Origin: an uncultured delta proteobacterium
GTDB taxonomy: Bacteria > Myxococcota_A > Polyangia > Polyangiales > Polyangiaceae
Direction of reading: 5' to 3'
Assembly (NCBI GenBank): GCA_963720145.1
Contig: CAVREO010000015.1
Location: 50,055 to 114,054, forward strand
Length of the DNA: 64,000 nucleotides
In this document: one piece after another, positions 60,721 to 64,000 of the stretch
How positions within the stretch are numbered: position 1 is the stretch's first letter
How the letters are laid out: every line of letters starts with the position of its first letter
Position numbers and translations under genes: made by a program
Notes under the pieces: generated by a model
The model's database searches: none
Told to the model about the DNA's origin: nothing
The model's input: the letters and a program-made list of their open reading frames with translations, nothing else

Positions 60721-60976
60721 GGGGCATAGCTCTCCTGGAAAGAGCATGTCCGCAAGGACAAAACTTGGGGCCTCGTCGTGGGCCGAGACGACGAGGAGAC
60801 CCGGCCCGAGGTGAGCCCGTCCGGCGGCCTCACCCGTTCGGGTGACATGCGCCGCGTGCATCTCGTCGCCATGTTCTCCGTGCAACGCGCGCGGTCGAGC
60901 GCGCGAAATCGGCGCAACAAATGTGACCTCTAGGCGCGCTTCCTTTTGATTCTAGGGCGGGGGTGTCTGCGTAGTC

Positions 60977-61855
60977 ATGAACCGTATTGCCGTAGGCGCG
61001 GCCGTGGCGGCTGCCATATCGCTCGCGTTCGTTCCCTCGCAGGCTCCGGGGGCGCCTCGGATCGGGGCGGAGCGCGTGGCTTCTTCTCCGGCGTCGAATG
61101 CGGGCGAAAAGGTCGGAGAGCAGGGCCCGTCCGGCGGGGGGGCCGGCCCGTCGGCCGCATGCGCGCCCGGCATGGTCGATGTCGAGGGCGACTGGTGCCC
61201 CGCAGTCGAACAGGTGTGCCTGCGCGCGGTGGACCCGCAGCACCTCGGCCAGGATCGCTGCGCCGAGTTTGCGCCCACCGGCCGGTGCCTCGGCCCGACG
61301 CAGCACGAGCACTTCTGCATCGACCGCTACGAGTGGCCCAACGAGGCGGGGGCGACGCCGGTCGTCGGCGTCGACTGGAACACGGCGCGCGACGAGTGCG
61401 CGGCCGCCGGCAAGCGTCTTTGCGTCGACCGCGAGTGGACCCTCGCCTGCGAAGGACAGGAGCGGCTCCCCTATCCCTATGGCTACGTGCGCGATCCGAA
61501 GGCGTGCAACATCGACCGGCGGTACATCGTGCCCGACGAGGGGAAGTGGTCGAACCCGCAGACGCGCGCGGCGGAGCTCGCGCGACTGGACCAGCGCGAG
61601 CCGAGCGGAGCCCGAGCGTCGTGCGTGAGCCCGTACGGGGCGTTCGACATGACGGGTAATGTCGACGAGTGGGTGGTCAACGAGGCGGGCTCGCCGAGCG
61701 AGAAGCCTTACGTCAGTGGGCTGAAGGGCGGCTACTGGGGGCCGGTACGCGACCGCTGCCGGCCGATGACGACCGCCCACAGCGAGTGGCACACGGGATA
61801 CCAGATTGGCTTCCGCTGCTGCGCGGATTGGCCGGAGGCAGAGTCGGGACACTGA
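60977..61855 (+). CDS. Formylglycine-generating-enzyme (SUMF1/FGE-sulfatase) family domain protein with a signal peptide
   Basis: The motifs are FCIDRYEWPN, VGVDWNTARDECAAAGKRLC, EWTLACEG, GAFDMTGNVDEWV and GYQIGFRCC. Confidence 0.85.
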   Translation: MNRIAVGAAVAAAISLAFVPSQAPGAPRIGAERVASSPASNAGEKVGEQGPSGGGAGPSAACAPGMVDVEGDWCPAVEQVCLRAVDPQHLGQDRCAEFAPTGRCLGPTQHEHFCIDRYEWPNEAGATPVVGVDWNTARDECAAAGKRLCVDREWTLACEGQERLPYPYGYVRDPKACNIDRRYIVPDEGKWSNPQTRAAELARLDQREPSGARASCVSPYGAFDMTGNVDEWVVNEAGSPSEKPYVSGLKGGYWGPVRDRCRPMTTAHSEWHTGYQIGFRCCADWPEAESGH

Positions 61856-61908
61856 CACGGCTTGGCGGCTCTCTTCTCGAAAAATGGGAGCCACGGTCAG
61901 ACGGGACG

Positions 61909-62871
61909 TCAGCGAGAAAGCCCCGCGCTGCCGCCCGCCCACTCGAAGTGCAGCGAGTAGTCGAAGCTCGTTTCGCGGACCGCGGCGCCGGAAGCGCGGG
62001 GCAGCTTGGCGGCGCGGTACACGCCGAGCACGCAGCGGGTCACGTCCGTGGCGCGGAAGCGCGCGTCGCCCTGCTCGGCGACGTCGAGGACTTCGCCGTC
62101 ACCCGACATCCGGAAGTGAAGATCCATCGGACCACCGGCGTCGGGCTGGCTCGCGAGGCCGTCGGCGTAGCATTGGCCGATCGCGGGCCAAACGGCGCGC
62201 AGCGCCTCGCGCAGCTCGGCGGCGTGCGCCACCGGAGGCGGGACGGGGACTGGCTCGTCGCCTGCCCAGAGGGAGACGGTCATGCTCGCACGCGTCTCCG
62301 AGGCGGCGGGCGCGAACGGAAGGTGCTGCGCCTCGCGCGCGACACACAAGACGGCGCTGTCGTCCGCCAGACTGGTCGAGGAGACCTGCACGCCCTGCAC
62401 CGCTCCGCTTGCGCTGATTGTCAACTCGAGCGCGACCTTGCCGGAGAGCCGCTGGTCGTGCCGCAAGCCCGCTTCGTAGCAACGCCGGAATGGCCAGTAC
62501 CCGAAGTTGCGCGCGCCGCGCTGCAAGTCGGCTGCGGTGGAGCCGCCGTCGGCCCTGGCCACGTCCACGACGATTCTCGGCGCGGGATGATGCGCGCGGC
62601 GGTCGTGCGCGCCCTTGTGCGCCGCCTCGCGCGTGGAGGCGGGCACGCTCGCGGCGTGCGGGCGCGGCCCGCGGAACGGCCCTTCGTCGACGAGAACGAC
62701 GCGAGCGCCGAGGACCGGCGCGACGGGCATCGCCTCGGGGGCTCCCGCGGCCGGCGCGGGCGTCGTCGGCTGAACGCACAGCGGCGGCATGCCGTGGGCG
62801 CGGGTGACGACCACGAGCGACGCGAGGGCGGCGCCGGCCGACGCGACGGTGGCACGCGAAGCGGACGACAT
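61909..62871 (-). CDS. Secreted protein with two AgmX/PglI-C-terminal-like (TonB-C-like) domains
   Basis: The start is MSSASRATVASAGAALASLVVV. The two repeated modules are ..FRRCYEAGL..LSGKVALELTISASGAVQGV.. and ..IGQCYADGL..PMDLHFRMSGDGEVLDV... ATG 62871 is preferred over TTG 62910. Confidence 0.65.
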   Translation of the reverse strand: MSSASRATVASAGAALASLVVVTRAHGMPPLCVQPTTPAPAAGAPEAMPVAPVLGARVVLVDEGPFRGPRPHAASVPASTREAAHKGAHDRRAHHPAPRIVVDVARADGGSTAADLQRGARNFGYWPFRRCYEAGLRHDQRLSGKVALELTISASGAVQGVQVSSTSLADDSAVLCVAREAQHLPFAPAASETRASMTVSLWAGDEPVPVPPPVAHAAELREALRAVWPAIGQCYADGLASQPDAGGPMDLHFRMSGDGEVLDVAEQGDARFRATDVTRCVLGVYRAAKLPRASGAAVRETSFDYSLHFEWAGGSAGLSR

Positions 62872-62913
62872 CGGGCCGCCCTTTATGCCCGCGGCGCACC
62901 GGCCGGGCAAGCT

Positions 62914-63363
62914 TCAGGGCTCCGGCAGGGCCGGCTCGATGCACCAGCGTCCCGGCTCGTGGTCTTCGCGGCGCTCGTGCACGCACGCCACGCTGGCGCG
63001 CTCGCTCGCCGGATTGGCACCGAGCACTTCGACCGTCGCGCGGTCGCCCACGACGGCGGCGTGCATCGACTTCGGGCGAAACGCGAGGCCGAAGCGGCCC
63101 GCGGCGAGCATCTCCCACGCCTCCACCTGGCGGCCCTGGAGCTGGCTGGTCCTTCGCGCGCGCTCCTGGAGATTCGCGCGCGCGGCCGGACCGAGCAGGT
63201 CGTACACCCGCCGCGTGGCGCGCGGGTCGTCGGTCGCGGTCTCCGCTTCGTCGAGAAACAGGCGCACGGCGCCGTCGGGCGTCGCGTCGGGCGGGGCATG
63301 GTTGCAGCCCGCGACGAGGGCCAACGCGAAGACGCAGGCGAGCGCAGCGGGCCCGCTCGTCAT
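62914..63363 (-). CDS. Small hypothetical lipoprotein
   Basis: The start MTSGPAALACVFALALVAGCNH carries a lipobox. The ATG overlaps the trpS stop (ATGA at 63360-63363). Confidence 0.6.
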   Translation of the reverse strand: MTSGPAALACVFALALVAGCNHAPPDATPDGAVRLFLDEAETATDDPRATRRVYDLLGPAARANLQERARRTSQLQGRQVEAWEMLAAGRFGLAFRPKSMHAAVVGDRATVEVLGANPASERASVACVHERREDHEPGRWCIEPALPEP

Positions 63364-64000
63364 GTCGCGCCGCTGCCGAGACCCATGCGTTCGCGCACCT
63401 CGCGCATCGTCTCGCGCGCGATGACGCGCGCCTTCGCGGCGCCGTCGCCCAGCGCTTGCTTCACCCGGCCCGGCTGCGCGTCGAGCTCTGCGCGCTTGAT
63501 TCGCAAAGGCACGAGCTCGCGCTCGAAGCTCTCCATGAGGATCTTCTTGCAGTCGACGCACCCGCGCTGCGCCGTCGTGCATTCTTGGTAAGTGAGCTCG
63601 ACCTGTTCCGGGGTCGAGATGGCCTTGTGCATCGTGTAGATGTTGCACACCTCGGGACGTCCGGGGTCGCTCCGCCGCAGCCGCTGCGGGTCGGTGAACG
63701 CGCCGCGCAGCTTGTTCCAGAAGGGCTCCTTCTCCTCGAACAGGCCGATGGTGTTGCCCCTCGATTTGCTCATCTTGCTCTGGCCATCCAGACCCATGAT
63801 GCGCGGGGCGTGCGAGAGGCGCGGCTGGGGCTCGGGGAAGAGCTCGCCGAAGCGGTAATTGAAGCGGCGTGCCGTCTCGCGCACGAGCTCCAGGTGCTGC
63901 ACCTGATCCTCGCCGACCGGCACGATCGTGGCCTTGTAGAGCAGAACGTCGGCGCTCATCAGCACCGGGTAATTGAACAGCGCAGCGAGCACGTGCTCCT
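63360..64000 (-). CDS. trpS: Tryptophanyl-tRNA synthetase, 3' portion (gene continues beyond the window end)
   Basis: The motifs are ..PVLMSADVLLY..VPVGEDQVQHLELVRE..RFN..GLDGQSKMSKS (KMSKS loop). The frame is open to nt 64000. Confidence 0.9.
   Translation of the reverse strand, partial: EHVLAALFNYPVLMSADVLLYKATIVPVGEDQVQHLELVRETARRFNYRFGELFPEPQPRLSHAPRIMGLDGQSKMSKSRGNTIGLFEEKEPFWNKLRGAFTDPQRLRRSDPGRPEVCNIYTMHKAISTPEQVELTYQECTTAQRGCVDCKKILMESFERELVPLRIKRAELDAQPGRVKQALGDGAAKARVIARETMREVRERMGLGSGAT

Overview
Very GC-rich (by eye about 70% G+C, GC3 about 90% in good genes) chromosomal segment. The gene content looks myxobacterial (Polyangiia-like): many lipoproteins with Ser/Gly-rich linkers, Cys-rich secreted proteins, four eukaryotic-like Ser/Thr kinase domains, and PAS/GAF/HAMP histidine kinases. 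That taxonomic call is inference only. I can support about 45 protein-coding loci. I found no rRNA, tRNA, CRISPR array, transposase or integrase. Recognisable genes in order:
- 5'-partial ClpA-like AAA+ ATPase
- Rieske/FAD oxidoreductase
- J-domain/DUF4388-like protein
- a sub-threshold TatA-like mini-ORF
- 2-Cys peroxiredoxin
- class A PBP
- Tat-signal solute-binding protein
- HAMP histidine kinase
- VOC-family protein
- two tandem ferritin-like lipoproteins
- three Gly-rich beta-helix lipoprotein paralogs
- a small protein / calpain-like protease / lipoprotein cassette
- Ser/Thr kinase plus TMEM175-like channel
- a cluster of Cys-rich lipoproteins
- RibD-C-like reductase
- SGNH hydrolase
- STK-PilZ fusion
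- STK-TPR
- PL14-like lipoprotein
- PAS-GAF histidine kinase
- OMP plus TSP3-repeat lipoprotein
- a roughly 5.2 kb pseudokinase-STAND-GAF-histidine kinase
- treX remnant, treY and treZ
- PhyH dioxygenase
- GH43
- FGE/SUMF1-like protein
- 3' part of trpS

The most striking global property is that at least 14 conserved genes are interrupted by single-nucleotide frame breaks. These are either assembly indels or real pseudogenes, and I cannot tell which from sequence alone. The most interesting local signals are:
- an atypical-composition repeat region at 23.26-24.01 kb, upstream of the calpain-like cassette
- a gene-conversion tract and a 113-bp palindromic element shared by tandem beta-helix paralogs
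- a 5'-truncated treX fused in frame to treY, next to the giant sensor gene
- a degenerate kinase domain in that sensor
- an AT-rich structured intergenic island at about 59.0 kb

Frame-break positions were located by eye and are good to a few nucleotides. No database search was possible.
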